From NCBI GenBank assembly GCA_050950825.1, contig JBMNIH010000006.1, forward strand, positions 160,001 through 224,000: 64,000 nucleotides of DNA, read 5' to 3'. The notes under the pieces were generated by a model. It was not told the DNA's origin, did not search any database, and saw only the letters and a program-made list of their open reading frames with translations. Shown piece after piece: positions 46,857 to 57,074 of the stretch. The DNA is from Clostridia bacterium. GTDB lineage: Bacteria; Bacillota; Clostridia; JAAYHZ01. Position 1 is the first letter of the stretch; every line of letters begins with the position of its first letter. The position numbers and the translations under genes were made by a program.

Positions 46857-47474
46857 ATGAAATATAGAATACGAATTATGATTGCGGTGGCATTGCTCAT
46901 CGTGATGATCCCCGTAGCGGCATATGCCCAGACAACCAAATATACGGTTGTAAAGGGAGATTCTCTGTGGAAGATCGCCGTTAAATTCCAAGTGGGTTTA
47001 TCCGAAATCATATCCGCCAATCCCCAATTTAAAAACCCGAACTTAATTTACCCCGGAGACATCGTTTACGTACCTCAACAAACCAAATACACCTCGGAAG
47101 TAAATGAAGTCATACGTTTGGTCAACGTGGAACGCCAGAAAAACGGATTGAAGCCTTTAACCTCCAACTGGGAGCTGTCTCGTGTAGCGCAGTACAAATC
47201 CCAAGATATGGCGAACAAAGGTTACTTTTCTCACCAATCCCCTACCTACGGCTCCCCCTTTGATATGATGCGTAATTTCGGTATTCGCTACTCCTCTGCG
47301 GGAGAAAACATTGCATACGGCTACAGCACACCGGCGCAGGTTATGAACGGTTGGATGAATTCCCCGGGACATAGAGCCAACATCTTGAATGCAAGCTTTA
47401 CCCAAATCGGTGTCGGTATTGCGACCAACAGCAAAGGCACCAAATACTGGACCCAGATGTTCATCAGGCCGTAA
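46857..47474 (+). CDS. SafA-type LysM plus CAP (YkwD-like) domain protein
   Basis: Signal peptide, YTVVKGDSLWKIA...NPNLIYPG LysM, YFSHQSPTYGSPF, GENIAYG, WMNSPGHRANIL. Confidence 0.9.
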   Translation: MKYRIRIMIAVALLIVMIPVAAYAQTTKYTVVKGDSLWKIAVKFQVGLSEIISANPQFKNPNLIYPGDIVYVPQQTKYTSEVNEVIRLVNVERQKNGLKPLTSNWELSRVAQYKSQDMANKGYFSHQSPTYGSPFDMMRNFGIRYSSAGENIAYGYSTPAQVMNGWMNSPGHRANILNASFTQIGVGIATNSKGTKYWTQMFIRP

Positions 47475-47592
47475 GGGAGCGTTCAAAAGAAAAATCGAAC
47501 AAGGGCATTGAATGGCTATTGGCCGGTAAGGCCGGTAGTCTTTTTCATGTAAAATAAAAAATCGGATAATTTTCAAAAACACCTAAAATTTA

Positions 47593-47621
47593 TTGATACA
47601 AAATAGATGTTATGCTACAAT
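47593..47621 (+). promoter_or_regulatory. Predicted sigmaA promoter of the acyl-CoA synthetase gene
   Basis: TTGATA, 17 nt spacer, TG-extended TACAAT. Confidence 0.6.
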
Positions 47622-47686
47622 ACCTATAACCTTATATTATTACTAGGTATCAATTTGTAAACAATTTTTCGATATATATGTGAGAG

Positions 47687-49408
47687 GTGTTCGAAATGAT
47701 CTATAACGGTGTGGAATTGAATGAAGTCCGAAAAATAAGGGATTTAAAAGACATGTTAAACTCCAGTGCCGCCATATACGGTGAAAAAGCCGCCTTTTTG
47801 GTGAAAAAGCAAGGCAACGGAAGCTACATACCCGTTTCCTATAACCAATTCAAGAACGATACGGATGCTTTCGGGACGGCTTTAATCGATCTGGGGTTAA
47901 AAGATAAAAGCATCGCTATCATCGGTGAAAACCGATACGAATGGTGTGTGTCCTATTTAAGCGTTGTAAACGGAACCGGGCTTGTGGTGCCCATTGACAA
48001 GGAGCTGCCCTCTAACGAGATATTCAGCTTGTTGGAAAGAGCCGAAGTATCCGCCATTATTTATTCCGATCGTAAGAAAGAGACGGTGGAAAAGGCGTTG
48101 GAAGCACTCGGCAGACCCATTATCGTCATTAATATGGATGCCAAAGAGGATACGGAAAAATACTTGTCCATGTCCGTGTTAATGGAAAAAGGACGAAAAC
48201 TCCTTCAGGAAGGCGATAAGCGATTCGTCGAAGCGGAAATCGATCCGGAAAAGGTTTTGATTCTTCTGTACACCTCCGCTACCACATCGAAATCAAAGGC
48301 CGTTATGCTGACTCATAAAAATATTTGCTCCAATCTGGAAGCGATGTGCCAAATGACCTATATCGGACCCGAGGATATCTTTCTTTCCGTTCTTCCCATA
48401 CACCATGCCTACGAATGTACATGCGGTTTCTTATGCCCTATCTACAGAGGGTGTACCATTGCCATATGCGAAGGCTTGCGCCATATCACAAAAAATCTTC
48501 AAGAGTCGAAAGCGACCATGATGCTGGCGGTTCCCTTGATTCTTGAAACCATGTATAAGAGAGTTTGGGATACCGCTCGTAAAAACGGCATGGACAAAAA
48601 GCTGAAAACGGCGCTAAAGATCAGCAAGCTTTTGCTAACTTTTAAAATCGATAAAAGAAGAAAGCTCTTTTCAAAAATACACGACAATTTCGGCGGACAT
48701 ATCCGTTTGTTCATTTCGGGAGCCGCCGCCATCGATCCGGTGGTTTCGAAAGGATTCAGGGATTTCGGTTTCAACATTCTCCAAGGATACGGCTTAACGG
48801 AATGCTCCCCGATTGTCACATTGAACCGTCCTACCCAATTCAACGATTCTTCCGCCGGTGTTCCCCTGCCTAACTTAGACGTTAAAATCGATAATCCGGA
48901 CAGCGACGGTATCGGTGAAATCATCGTAAAAGGTGATAGTGTCATGAAGGGCTATTACAAGGATGAAGAAGCCAATCGCCTTGCCTTTACGGAAGACGGC
49001 TACTTCAAAACCGGGGATTACGCTTACAAAAACGACAAAAATTTTATCTTTATCACGGGACGTAAAAAGAACGTGATCGTAACAAAGAACGGGAAAAACA
49101 TCTTCCCGGAAGAAATCGAAACCCTGTTAGGCAGAAAAGAATACATCAAAGAATCCATGGTATATGCCAAAGAGGCGGGAGACGATTTGATTGTAGCCGC
49201 ATCCATATACCCGAATTACGAAAAAATGCAGGACGAAAACATCGATATTTCCGACGAAGCGGTAGACAAACTCATATCCGAATACATTCGAGAAGTGAAC
49301 CGCGAATTGGCAACATACAAGTTCATAAAGGATTATCATATCCGAAAAGAGGATTTTGTCAAAACAACTACCGGCAAAATCAAAAGATATATGGAAAAAA
49401 CGAAGTAG
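47687..49408 (+). CDS. Long-chain fatty acid--CoA ligase (AMP-binding)
   Basis: YTSATTSKSKAV A3-like loop, QGYGLTE, FKTGD, ITGRKKNVIV, TTGKIKR. Confidence 0.88.
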   Translation: MFEMIYNGVELNEVRKIRDLKDMLNSSAAIYGEKAAFLVKKQGNGSYIPVSYNQFKNDTDAFGTALIDLGLKDKSIAIIGENRYEWCVSYLSVVNGTGLVVPIDKELPSNEIFSLLERAEVSAIIYSDRKKETVEKALEALGRPIIVINMDAKEDTEKYLSMSVLMEKGRKLLQEGDKRFVEAEIDPEKVLILLYTSATTSKSKAVMLTHKNICSNLEAMCQMTYIGPEDIFLSVLPIHHAYECTCGFLCPIYRGCTIAICEGLRHITKNLQESKATMMLAVPLILETMYKRVWDTARKNGMDKKLKTALKISKLLLTFKIDKRRKLFSKIHDNFGGHIRLFISGAAAIDPVVSKGFRDFGFNILQGYGLTECSPIVTLNRPTQFNDSSAGVPLPNLDVKIDNPDSDGIGEIIVKGDSVMKGYYKDEEANRLAFTEDGYFKTGDYAYKNDKNFIFITGRKKNVIVTKNGKNIFPEEIETLLGRKEYIKESMVYAKEAGDDLIVAASIYPNYEKMQDENIDISDEAVDKLISEYIREVNRELATYKFIKDYHIRKEDFVKTTTGKIKRYMEKTK

Positions 49409-49427
49409 ATTTCTATGCATATACGGT

Positions 49428-49467
49428 AAAAAAACAAGCTTTCGGGCATCCCGGAGCTTGTTTTTTT
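49428..49467 (+). terminator. Intrinsic terminator
   Basis: AAAAAAACAAGCTTTCGGG-CAT-CCCGGAGCTTGTTTTTTT. Confidence 0.8.
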
Positions 49468-49607
49468 ATGGGAATATTGGAGTCTTACGTACTTTTAAGG
49501 CATCAAAAAACTAAACCCGTTATCGTTATGTCAAAAAACGAGGCTTCGTTTTCTTTTCAAAAACTCCACCTCGTTTACATGAACATAATGAAATAAAGGT
49601 CCGTAAA

Positions 49608-50024
49608 TTACCTTAAGCAAACGGGCAGAGATTTGATATCGTCGTGGCTTTCATAACATTTTCTGCAATTCCCGCGATAGGAGCAAAAGGTACTTTCACA
49701 TGGGCAAAAGTCCTCTATAGACGCAGTAAATCGTTTCACTTGTTCGTTGATATTCGCTAAATGCTGTTCGTCACTAATACCTTCAAGATTATAGCTTTTC
49801 ATAAGCTCACAAGGAACTTCCCTGCATTGACCGCAGTTGTCCAAACCTCTTTGCTTGACACAACAGTCGTAAATCGCACATATTTTCCGATTTGCTTTTT
49901 TGGTTCTGTACGATTTACCGGATATTACATAACACCCCGGGCATTTAGACTTAAAAAACTCACATTTACTGCAAATAATGCCACAAACACTCAACATTCT
50001 ATTATCTTCCCCCTCGCGTTTCAT
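49608..50024 (-). CDS. Cys-rich DUF3795-like protein with an extra C-terminal Cys cluster
   Basis: CGIICSKC...CPGC...CAIYDCC...CGQCREVPC, then CPC...C...CRKC...H...LPVC. Confidence 0.7.
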   Translation of the reverse strand: MKREGEDNRMLSVCGIICSKCEFFKSKCPGCYVISGKSYRTKKANRKICAIYDCCVKQRGLDNCGQCREVPCELMKSYNLEGISDEQHLANINEQVKRFTASIEDFCPCESTFCSYRGNCRKCYESHDDIKSLPVCLR

Positions 50025-50110
50025 TATTTAATTTCATTATACTTGAAGGTTTTTAAAATTACAATTAAAAACCTTGCCAATATTAACCGGAATAAAAATC
50101 GTCAAACAGG

Positions 50111-50566
50111 TTAATCGTACCATTCTTCTAAGACCATCTTACCGATTGGGGTTATTTTCTTATCGAAAAGATAAAATTTTTCGTCTTTTTGTAAAGAACG
50201 AATATTAGGGCTTAACGAATCCACATAAACGATTTTCTTTTCGTTCAATTCTTCACAAAAAAGCTCCAAAACATCGCCTTCATAAACAAAAACCCCTACC
50301 TTTCCGGTTGCAAAACTTCCTATGTTTTCGCCGTTTCGAAGCAAATGAACGGAAGGGTCGCCAAGTTCCATGGAAAATACAACGGATCCTTCTTTGTAAA
50401 GCTTCATCCCGTCTAAAACCTGCATTCCGATTTCATTCCGAAGATAACCTTGTCCCTTGTAGCTTTTTAGCAAAGCTTGCGAACCGATGGTCGCCAAAGA
50501 AAAGAAAACAAGGAGTATGGAAAACAGAAGCTTATAAAACGGGTGAAGCTCATTACCCGTAAACAT
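50111..50566 (-). CDS. Hypothetical membrane-anchored protein
   Basis: 151-aa ORF with an N-terminal TM segment; AGAGGTG RBS upstream. Confidence 0.6.
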   Translation of the reverse strand: MFTGNELHPFYKLLFSILLVFFSLATIGSQALLKSYKGQGYLRNEIGMQVLDGMKLYKEGSVVFSMELGDPSVHLLRNGENIGSFATGKVGVFVYEGDVLELFCEELNEKKIVYVDSLSPNIRSLQKDEKFYLFDKKITPIGKMVLEEWYD

Positions 50567-50683
50567 AACCCATCACCTCTTAAAGAAGTATTGCCCTTCT
50601 TCCGTTTTCTAGAACCGAAAGATAAATCAAGTTGACATATTTTTTATTCTCCCGGCATAAGTATTGTAAAAAAGAGGTCGACT

Positions 50684-51781
50684 ATGGAGTTTGTAAAACG
50701 GCACAAATATACCCTCATTGACATCGGTTTTTTCTTGGCAGTATTATTGCCTTTTTGGCTGATAAGAAAAAATATCGCAGCCGTCATCGGACCTTTTGCC
50801 GCATCCTTTGTCCTCGCTTACATCGTTGACCCCGTCGTTTTGTTTTTCGAAAGAAAGATGAGTCGTACATTATCCGTTGTCCTTTCGTTTGTCTTTCTTT
50901 TCGGTCTTTTGTCCGGAATTTTTGTTTTATTCGTACCCGGTTTGGTAAAAGAAATCGGCGATTTTGCCCAAGTACTTCCCGGAATTATTGACAAAATCCA
51001 TAGCTTCTTTGCCGTTCTTCAACCGGATTCCTTTCCCTATCCTTTGGACCGGGTTTTTGGCTACATCAATTGGGATAAAGAATGGGCGAACCTTTCGGAG
51101 AAAGTAATAAAAGCCGTATCCTCACTTGCTTCAACCCTCCTTTCAAGAACCGGCAAGCTGTTTAACATCATCATGATTCCCGTCATCACCTTCTATTTTC
51201 TGAAGGACAAGGACCGGTTCTTAAATTTTTTCAAAAATTTGATTCCGGTAAACCGTAAGGAAAAAGCCAAGGTATTCGTCCGTGACATGAACGATGTTTT
51301 AGGAGGCTTTATTAAAGGACAGCTGATCATCGCTTCTTTCGTGGGAATCTTAACGGCAGCAGGATGTATCGTAATCGGTCTTCCCTATTCTTTGACATGC
51401 GGTCTTCTGGCGGGGCTTTTTGACATCATTCCCTACTTCGGACCGTGGTTAGGAGGAATTTTACCGGTCTGTTTGGCTTTGATTACCGACCCTGTGAAAG
51501 CCTTATGGACGGTGATTTGGATCGCGGTTATACAGTTTATCGAGTCTAATTTCTTGTCTCCTCTTATCATGTCCCGTCATGTCGGATTGCATCCCGTTGC
51601 GGTCATGTTCTCCGTTCTTTTGTTCGGCAATTTGCTGGGAATCCTCGGTATGGTTTTAGGAGTGCCCATTGCGGGCGTAATAAAGGTCTTGATCATTCAT
51701 ATCGGAGAATACAGGAAAGAAAGGACGCAAGAAAAGAAAAAAGACGTTAAAAAAGCCGCTTCAAAATCAACCGTTGTTTGA
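50684..51781 (+). CDS. AI-2E family transporter (full length)
   Basis: LAYIVDP, GGFIKGQ, IPYFGP, QFIESNFLSP, GLHP motifs. Confidence 0.9.
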   Translation: MEFVKRHKYTLIDIGFFLAVLLPFWLIRKNIAAVIGPFAASFVLAYIVDPVVLFFERKMSRTLSVVLSFVFLFGLLSGIFVLFVPGLVKEIGDFAQVLPGIIDKIHSFFAVLQPDSFPYPLDRVFGYINWDKEWANLSEKVIKAVSSLASTLLSRTGKLFNIIMIPVITFYFLKDKDRFLNFFKNLIPVNRKEKAKVFVRDMNDVLGGFIKGQLIIASFVGILTAAGCIVIGLPYSLTCGLLAGLFDIIPYFGPWLGGILPVCLALITDPVKALWTVIWIAVIQFIESNFLSPLIMSRHVGLHPVAVMFSVLLFGNLLGILGMVLGVPIAGVIKVLIIHIGEYRKERTQEKKKDVKKAASKSTVV

Positions 51782-51816
51782 AGCGACTTTTTCTTATCCT
51801 AAATATCTTTCACTTT

Positions 51817-52401
51817 TTAGGCGTTGTAGCCTAACTCAAAAGCCTTTATATTCATATCACGAAATCTTTCCGGTACGTTATCCTTAACGGCTTGAATCCA
51901 AACGTCTTTATCGATGCCGGAGGATTTGGCCAAAACTCCGATCAACACCACGTTCACCGCTTTTACCGTTCCCGCTTCTTTTGCCAAAGACAAAGCGTCC
52001 ACGGGAATCAGTCGGATATCCTCGCTTTTAGACAATTGTTCAACCGTTTCGGACGGATATTTTTTCGCTCCCGTAACCACGGGCATGGGATCGATTCTTT
52101 GGGTATTTACGATCAACGTTCCGCCTTTTTTGCAGAAGCTCGCCCAACGCATGGCTTCCAGCTCTTCAAAGGCCAATACGATGTCCGCTTCTCCCGGCGA
52201 GATAATGGGAGAATGAACCTTATCTCCGTAACGAACATAGGTAACGACACTACCGCCTCTTTGGGCCATCCCGTGAACCTCGGACATTTTCACGTCGTAG
52301 CCTTGGGTAACGGCGACGCTTCCTAATATTTTGCTTGCCAAGAGGGTCCCTTGGCCTCCTACGCCTACGATCATAATAGATGTTACGGCCATGTCATTCA
52401 C
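51817..52401 (-). CDS. iorB: Indolepyruvate ferredoxin oxidoreductase beta subunit
   Basis: GVGGQG, SEVHGMAQRGGSV, NIKAFELG motifs. Confidence 0.93.
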   Translation of the reverse strand: MNDMAVTSIMIVGVGGQGTLLASKILGSVAVTQGYDVKMSEVHGMAQRGGSVVTYVRYGDKVHSPIISPGEADIVLAFEELEAMRWASFCKKGGTLIVNTQRIDPMPVVTGAKKYPSETVEQLSKSEDIRLIPVDALSLAKEAGTVKAVNVVLIGVLAKSSGIDKDVWIQAVKDNVPERFRDMNIKAFELGYNA

Positions 52402-54133
52402 CTACCTTTTTCATCGCGTTGAATTTGCAAACCTTCAGGCATAAGCCGCAGCCGTTGCATTGTGTATGGTCGATTGTGATTTTTCCGTCCTTGCATCCGA
52501 TGGCGGGACAACCGATTCTCATGCACATTTTGCATCCCGTACACACATCTTGATCCACGACCACTTTACCGGTATAACGAACCGACTTCAACAAAGCGCA
52601 GGGACGTTGGGAAATGATCACCGAAGGCTCTTCCGCTGCAAGCTCTTCTTTGATCGTCTTTTCCATTTCGGCGATATCAAAAGGATCCACAACCTTCACT
52701 CTATCCACCCCGATGGCTTTGCAAAGTTGAACAAGATCCACTTGCTTGGTAGGCTCGTTCTTAATGGTAAAGCCGGTAGAGGGGTTATGCTGGTGTCCCG
52801 TCATACCGGTAATGGAATTATCCAGTATGATAACGGTGGATGTCCCCTTGTTATACACCACGTCAATCAATCCGGTGATTCCGGAGTGTATAAAGGTGGA
52901 ATCTCCGATTACGGCAACCAATTTTCGAGCAAAATCCTTTCCTCTTGCCTTCTCCATCCCTAATGCCATTCCGATGCTTGCTCCCATACAAACACAAGCG
53001 TCCATGGAATCCAAAGGAGGCAACGCTCCTAAGGTATAGCAGCCGATATCGCCGGAAACCGTCAAGCGAAGCTTTTTCAATACATAGAAAAGACCTCTGT
53101 GAGGACATCCGGGACACATAACCGGGGGACGTCCGGGCAACTCCTCTTTCAACGATATGTCTGCCGTTTCCGTCTTCTTACCTAAAATGGCTTCCGCTAT
53201 CTTTTCCGCGCTGTACTCGCCTAATACGGAGAACCGTTCTTTTCCGATTGCTTTGATTCCCAAAGATTGAACAAAGGTTTCAATAAAAGGATCCAATTCT
53301 TCGATGATATAAAGCTCATTCACGCTCTTGGCAAACTCCGCTATTTTTTTAGGCGGAAGAGGATAAATCATACCTAATTTCAAAAAGGAAGCGTTCGGCA
53401 GGGCTTCTTTTGCATATTGGTAGCAAATCCCGCTGCAAATGATACCGATTTTCGTATCGTTCATTTCGACAACGTTCAATTCGCTGCTTTCGGCATACTC
53501 CTGCAAAGCCTTCTGTCTTTCTTCCACGACTACGTGACGCATTCTTGCCATTCCCGGCATCATCACGTATTTGCCGCAATCCTTTGTATACTCCTTCAAA
53601 GGCGCTTCCTTACGATCACAAATTTCCACCAAGCTTCTCGAGTGGGAAACTCTCGTATGTAAACGGATCATAACGGGAACGTCGAATTTTTCGGACAGTT
53701 CATAAGCCAATACCGTAAAATCCTTGGCTTCTTGGCTGTCGGAAGGCTCTAACATGGGTACTTTTGCGGCACGGGCATAATGCCTGCTGTCTTGTTCGTT
53801 CTGCGAACTGTGCATTCCGGGGTCGTCCGCTACGGCAACCACCATGCCTCCGTTAATGCCGGTGTAGGAGGCGGTAAACAAAGGGTCGGCGCTGACGTTC
53901 AACCCTACATGCTTCATGGCCGTAAAGGAACGGGCTCCGGCAATGGCAGCACCTATAGCCACTTCCATGGCCACTTTTTCGTTGGGTGCCCATTCGCTGT
54001 ATATCTCGTCGTATTTTGCTATGGTTTCGGTAATTTCGGTGCTGGGTGTACCGGGATATGCCGACGCAACCCTTACGCCCGCTTCGTATACGCCTCTGGC
54101 AACACCTTCGTTACCGAGCATTATCTCTTTCAT
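52394..54133 (-). CDS. iorA: Indolepyruvate ferredoxin oxidoreductase alpha subunit
   Basis: YPGTPSTE, MKHVGLNV, CPGCPH, DIGCY, GDSTF, C-terminal 2x[4Fe-4S] motifs; start set at ATG 54133 behind GAGGAG. Confidence 0.95.
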   Translation of the reverse strand: MKEIMLGNEGVARGVYEAGVRVASAYPGTPSTEITETIAKYDEIYSEWAPNEKVAMEVAIGAAIAGARSFTAMKHVGLNVSADPLFTASYTGINGGMVVAVADDPGMHSSQNEQDSRHYARAAKVPMLEPSDSQEAKDFTVLAYELSEKFDVPVMIRLHTRVSHSRSLVEICDRKEAPLKEYTKDCGKYVMMPGMARMRHVVVEERQKALQEYAESSELNVVEMNDTKIGIICSGICYQYAKEALPNASFLKLGMIYPLPPKKIAEFAKSVNELYIIEELDPFIETFVQSLGIKAIGKERFSVLGEYSAEKIAEAILGKKTETADISLKEELPGRPPVMCPGCPHRGLFYVLKKLRLTVSGDIGCYTLGALPPLDSMDACVCMGASIGMALGMEKARGKDFARKLVAVIGDSTFIHSGITGLIDVVYNKGTSTVIILDNSITGMTGHQHNPSTGFTIKNEPTKQVDLVQLCKAIGVDRVKVVDPFDIAEMEKTIKEELAAEEPSVIISQRPCALLKSVRYTGKVVVDQDVCTGCKMCMRIGCPAIGCKDGKITIDHTQCNGCGLCLKVCKFNAMKKVGE

Positions 54134-54245
54134 ATTATCAACTCCTCGGTATAGTATACAAAAAAAATCGGTTGGGAACAAGTCCCTTTATTTACCGATC
54201 TTTTTTGCATTCATTCTGTTTGTTTATTTAAATTGATTACCATAC

Positions 54246-55733
54246 TTATTTCGTTTCCGCAGCAGGTACCGCTTCGATAACTCCTTTTGCCACGGCAACA
54301 CGGTCCGTTACGGGCATAACGATCAAGGAAAGAATCATGGCCAATGAGCCTGCATTCGGAGCTGCGCTTAAAAAGCGAACGACGCCGCCCGGATTACTGC
54401 CGGATAACAAAGGCAGAAGAACAACGCAGATTACCATTACCGAAAGCCCCGTAATCATCGAGGCCCAAGCACCGGCAGCAGTGGCCTTCTTGTTCCATAA
54501 GCCGTATAAGAAGGGGGCGATGAAACTTCCCGCCAATGCTCCCCAGGACAAGGACATTAAGGTGACGATGGCGCTGGGATTCGATACGGAAATGATAAAG
54601 GAAGCCGCCACGAAAAGTACGCAAATGATGCGCATTAAGTTCACTTCGAACTTTTTGGACATGTTCTTGTAGATTACGCCTTTGCCAAGATCAATGGTTA
54701 TGGCCGAACCGGATACCAATACCAAGGAAGCCAAGGTGGACATGGACGCCGACAGCACCAATACGGTTATGAGTCCTAAAAACAAGTCCGGTGCAGCCGA
54801 TTGTGTCAGCATCATCGGAACGATTTTATCGAAGTTTCCGTCCGGTACCGTATTAAAGAACAAGGGACCGAAGGTACCGGTTCCGTATGCACTTACACCG
54901 ATCACCAAAGCAAAAATCGTGGATATGATTCGGCCTCTTCGGATGGCTCCCTTGCCGTCCTTTATGGCGTAGAATTTATGAACCATTTGAGGCAAGCCCC
55001 AAGTTCCTAAGCTTGTTAATATAATCAGTCCCAACAAGGATGCGGGATTCGGTCCTACTAAGGAAGCCTTGGCGCTTTCGATTTGTGCCAAAGAACGGTA
55101 TGCATTTGTTATACCGCCTACTTGCGGGCTGTTGACCACATAGACAACCATGATCACGGCTCCCGCCAGCATGATAATTCCTTGTATAAAATCATTCAAT
55201 GCCGATGCTACGTAACCGCCTAGCATGATGTAAAGTCCGGTCAATAGCGCCATTCCCAAGGTACAGTAAATAAAGGGAATATTGAATACACTTTCAAACA
55301 GGTAGCCTAAGCCTTTGTAAACCGATGCGGAATAAGGAACCAAGAAGATAAAGATCATTAATGCGGAAAACATCTTCATGTTTTTGCTGTTGTATCGCTT
55401 CTCAAAGAATTCCGGCATGGTTTTCGCTTCCAACCGGCGTGTCATATCGCGGGCTTTCTTTCCTAAAACCGCCCAAGCAAGATATGTACCGATCAATGCG
55501 TTAAAGATTCCGATCCATACCGCCGAAAATCCCATTTCCCAGCCGATTTTTCCGGCATAGCCTATAAAAATAACTGCAGAAAAATACGAAGCGCCGTACG
55601 AAAATGCGCTTATCCAAGGTCCGATATTCCTGCCGCCTAAAAAGAAATCATCGATGTTTTTGACCTTTTTCCTGGATATGATGCCGATTGCAGCCATGAG
55701 TGCAATAAAGGCAAATAGAAAAACATACTTCAT
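54246..55733 (-). CDS. Sodium:solute symporter family transporter
   Basis: DFFLGGR, IGYAG, FFEKRY, WGLPQ, SASMST motifs; many TM segments. Confidence 0.9.
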   Translation of the reverse strand: MKYVFLFAFIALMAAIGIISRKKVKNIDDFFLGGRNIGPWISAFSYGASYFSAVIFIGYAGKIGWEMGFSAVWIGIFNALIGTYLAWAVLGKKARDMTRRLEAKTMPEFFEKRYNSKNMKMFSALMIFIFLVPYSASVYKGLGYLFESVFNIPFIYCTLGMALLTGLYIMLGGYVASALNDFIQGIIMLAGAVIMVVYVVNSPQVGGITNAYRSLAQIESAKASLVGPNPASLLGLIILTSLGTWGLPQMVHKFYAIKDGKGAIRRGRIISTIFALVIGVSAYGTGTFGPLFFNTVPDGNFDKIVPMMLTQSAAPDLFLGLITVLVLSASMSTLASLVLVSGSAITIDLGKGVIYKNMSKKFEVNLMRIICVLFVAASFIISVSNPSAIVTLMSLSWGALAGSFIAPFLYGLWNKKATAAGAWASMITGLSVMVICVVLLPLLSGSNPGGVVRFLSAAPNAGSLAMILSLIVMPVTDRVAVAKGVIEAVPAAETK

Positions 55734-55892
55734 CCGTTCTACCGTCCTTCCGTTTAATTAGAATAAAAATCCTACCGTCCTAACTCGACAATCCGCTCTC
55801 GCAATTGTCATTTACCAAAATATTTTACCTTTTGTTTGCCTTTTAGTAAATACAAAAAAAGCAAGTTCGTTTCATTTGTTACGAAAGTCTTT

Positions 55893-57071
55893 TTATTCCA
55901 ACCGGAATAAAAAGACGCCGTTGTCCGCCGTTAACAAGATTTTTAAATCGTCGGATACGAACAATCCGTCCACTCTTCCCGGCAGCGTTCCGATGAAGGT
56001 GCTGCCTAATTCTTTGTTGTTTATCAATTCAACGGTCTTCGACGTTTGAATATCATAGAGCACCAAGACAAAGTCCTGTCCGCTGTAAACAATGAAAAAG
56101 ATATATCTTCCTCCGGGTGAAAGGATTCCGTTTAACACGTCGTACTTTTTCGGCAAACGGATTTCCTTCAGTTCAAAATCTTCAAAATCCGAATCGAATT
56201 CCGCAATTTTCGGAATGATCTTTTCCATGGCGATTTGGGTTCCCTCCGTAACCAAAGAGGTTTCGAATATTAAAACGCGTCTTCGGTTTTCGGAGTAGTC
56301 CTTGATATATATGCTTCGGAAGGCATCCTTTACATGGGCTACCGTTTGCTTTACCTCCCCGTTTATAAACAGGATCGTATCGGTGCCGTCCGTAGGTGAC
56401 TCTACCGATTCTAAGTACTTTCCTTCCGAAAGCATCAGGATGGAAGCGATGCCCTTGGTTTGGGTTTGGAAAATCATATCGTCTTCCGGACCCTGCCCGT
56501 TTCGAATATAGTGGGTGGTATGATCCGTTTCGCTGTTGTAAACGGAAAATGTAACGTTTTCCCCGGTGGAGTCAAAAGCAGGACTGCAAGCCACGTTTCC
56601 TTCTTCCTCCAAAGGAAGCTCTCCGAAAGAGGACATCACCATTTTCTCGGGGTATATGACATACCCCGGAACTTGGTTCGCAGAACGGGATTCCACGGAG
56701 CTGTTCCATGCGTCGGACAGAACAAAGCAGGATCCGTCTTCGGACCATCTCGCTCTTTTTTGCATCATTTGCCATCGGGGATCAATCGTTAATCTCCCCT
56801 TTTCCAAAGCCGTCTCCGAATCGATAAACACCAGTTTCTTCTGCCCGTCTTCTTTCGTTTCATCCATCAGCGCAACAAAGGTGCTTGCATCCTTCGACAT
56901 ACCCAGAACCATGTTGTATGCCGGGAAGTTGTACATTTTGTATTCCGATTTTAACCTTTTCACATTCGGCTCGTTGAAATCTTTATCGCCGTCGACACAA
57001 GCGGTAAAGGATATAAAAAGTGCGAATATAAAAATCCAAAGAATCGTTTTTCTCATTTTTTCACCGTACAA
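55893..57071 (-). CDS. Hypothetical lipoprotein, possibly beta-propeller
   Basis: Lipobox FTAC; WSEDGS, FDSTGE, LSPGGR repeats resembling PD40/TolB blades. Confidence 0.6.
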   Translation of the reverse strand: MYGEKMRKTILWIFIFALFISFTACVDGDKDFNEPNVKRLKSEYKMYNFPAYNMVLGMSKDASTFVALMDETKEDGQKKLVFIDSETALEKGRLTIDPRWQMMQKRARWSEDGSCFVLSDAWNSSVESRSANQVPGYVIYPEKMVMSSFGELPLEEEGNVACSPAFDSTGENVTFSVYNSETDHTTHYIRNGQGPEDDMIFQTQTKGIASILMLSEGKYLESVESPTDGTDTILFINGEVKQTVAHVKDAFRSIYIKDYSENRRRVLIFETSLVTEGTQIAMEKIIPKIAEFDSDFEDFELKEIRLPKKYDVLNGILSPGGRYIFFIVYSGQDFVLVLYDIQTSKTVELINNKELGSTFIGTLPGRVDGLFVSDDLKILLTADNGVFLFRLE

Positions 57072-57074
57072 CCT

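Noticed and set aside
55734-55892. Possible riboswitch or T-box upstream of the sodium:solute symporter
   Set aside because: Only a short GACAAT/ATTGTC hairpin; no T-box or known aptamer motif recognised.
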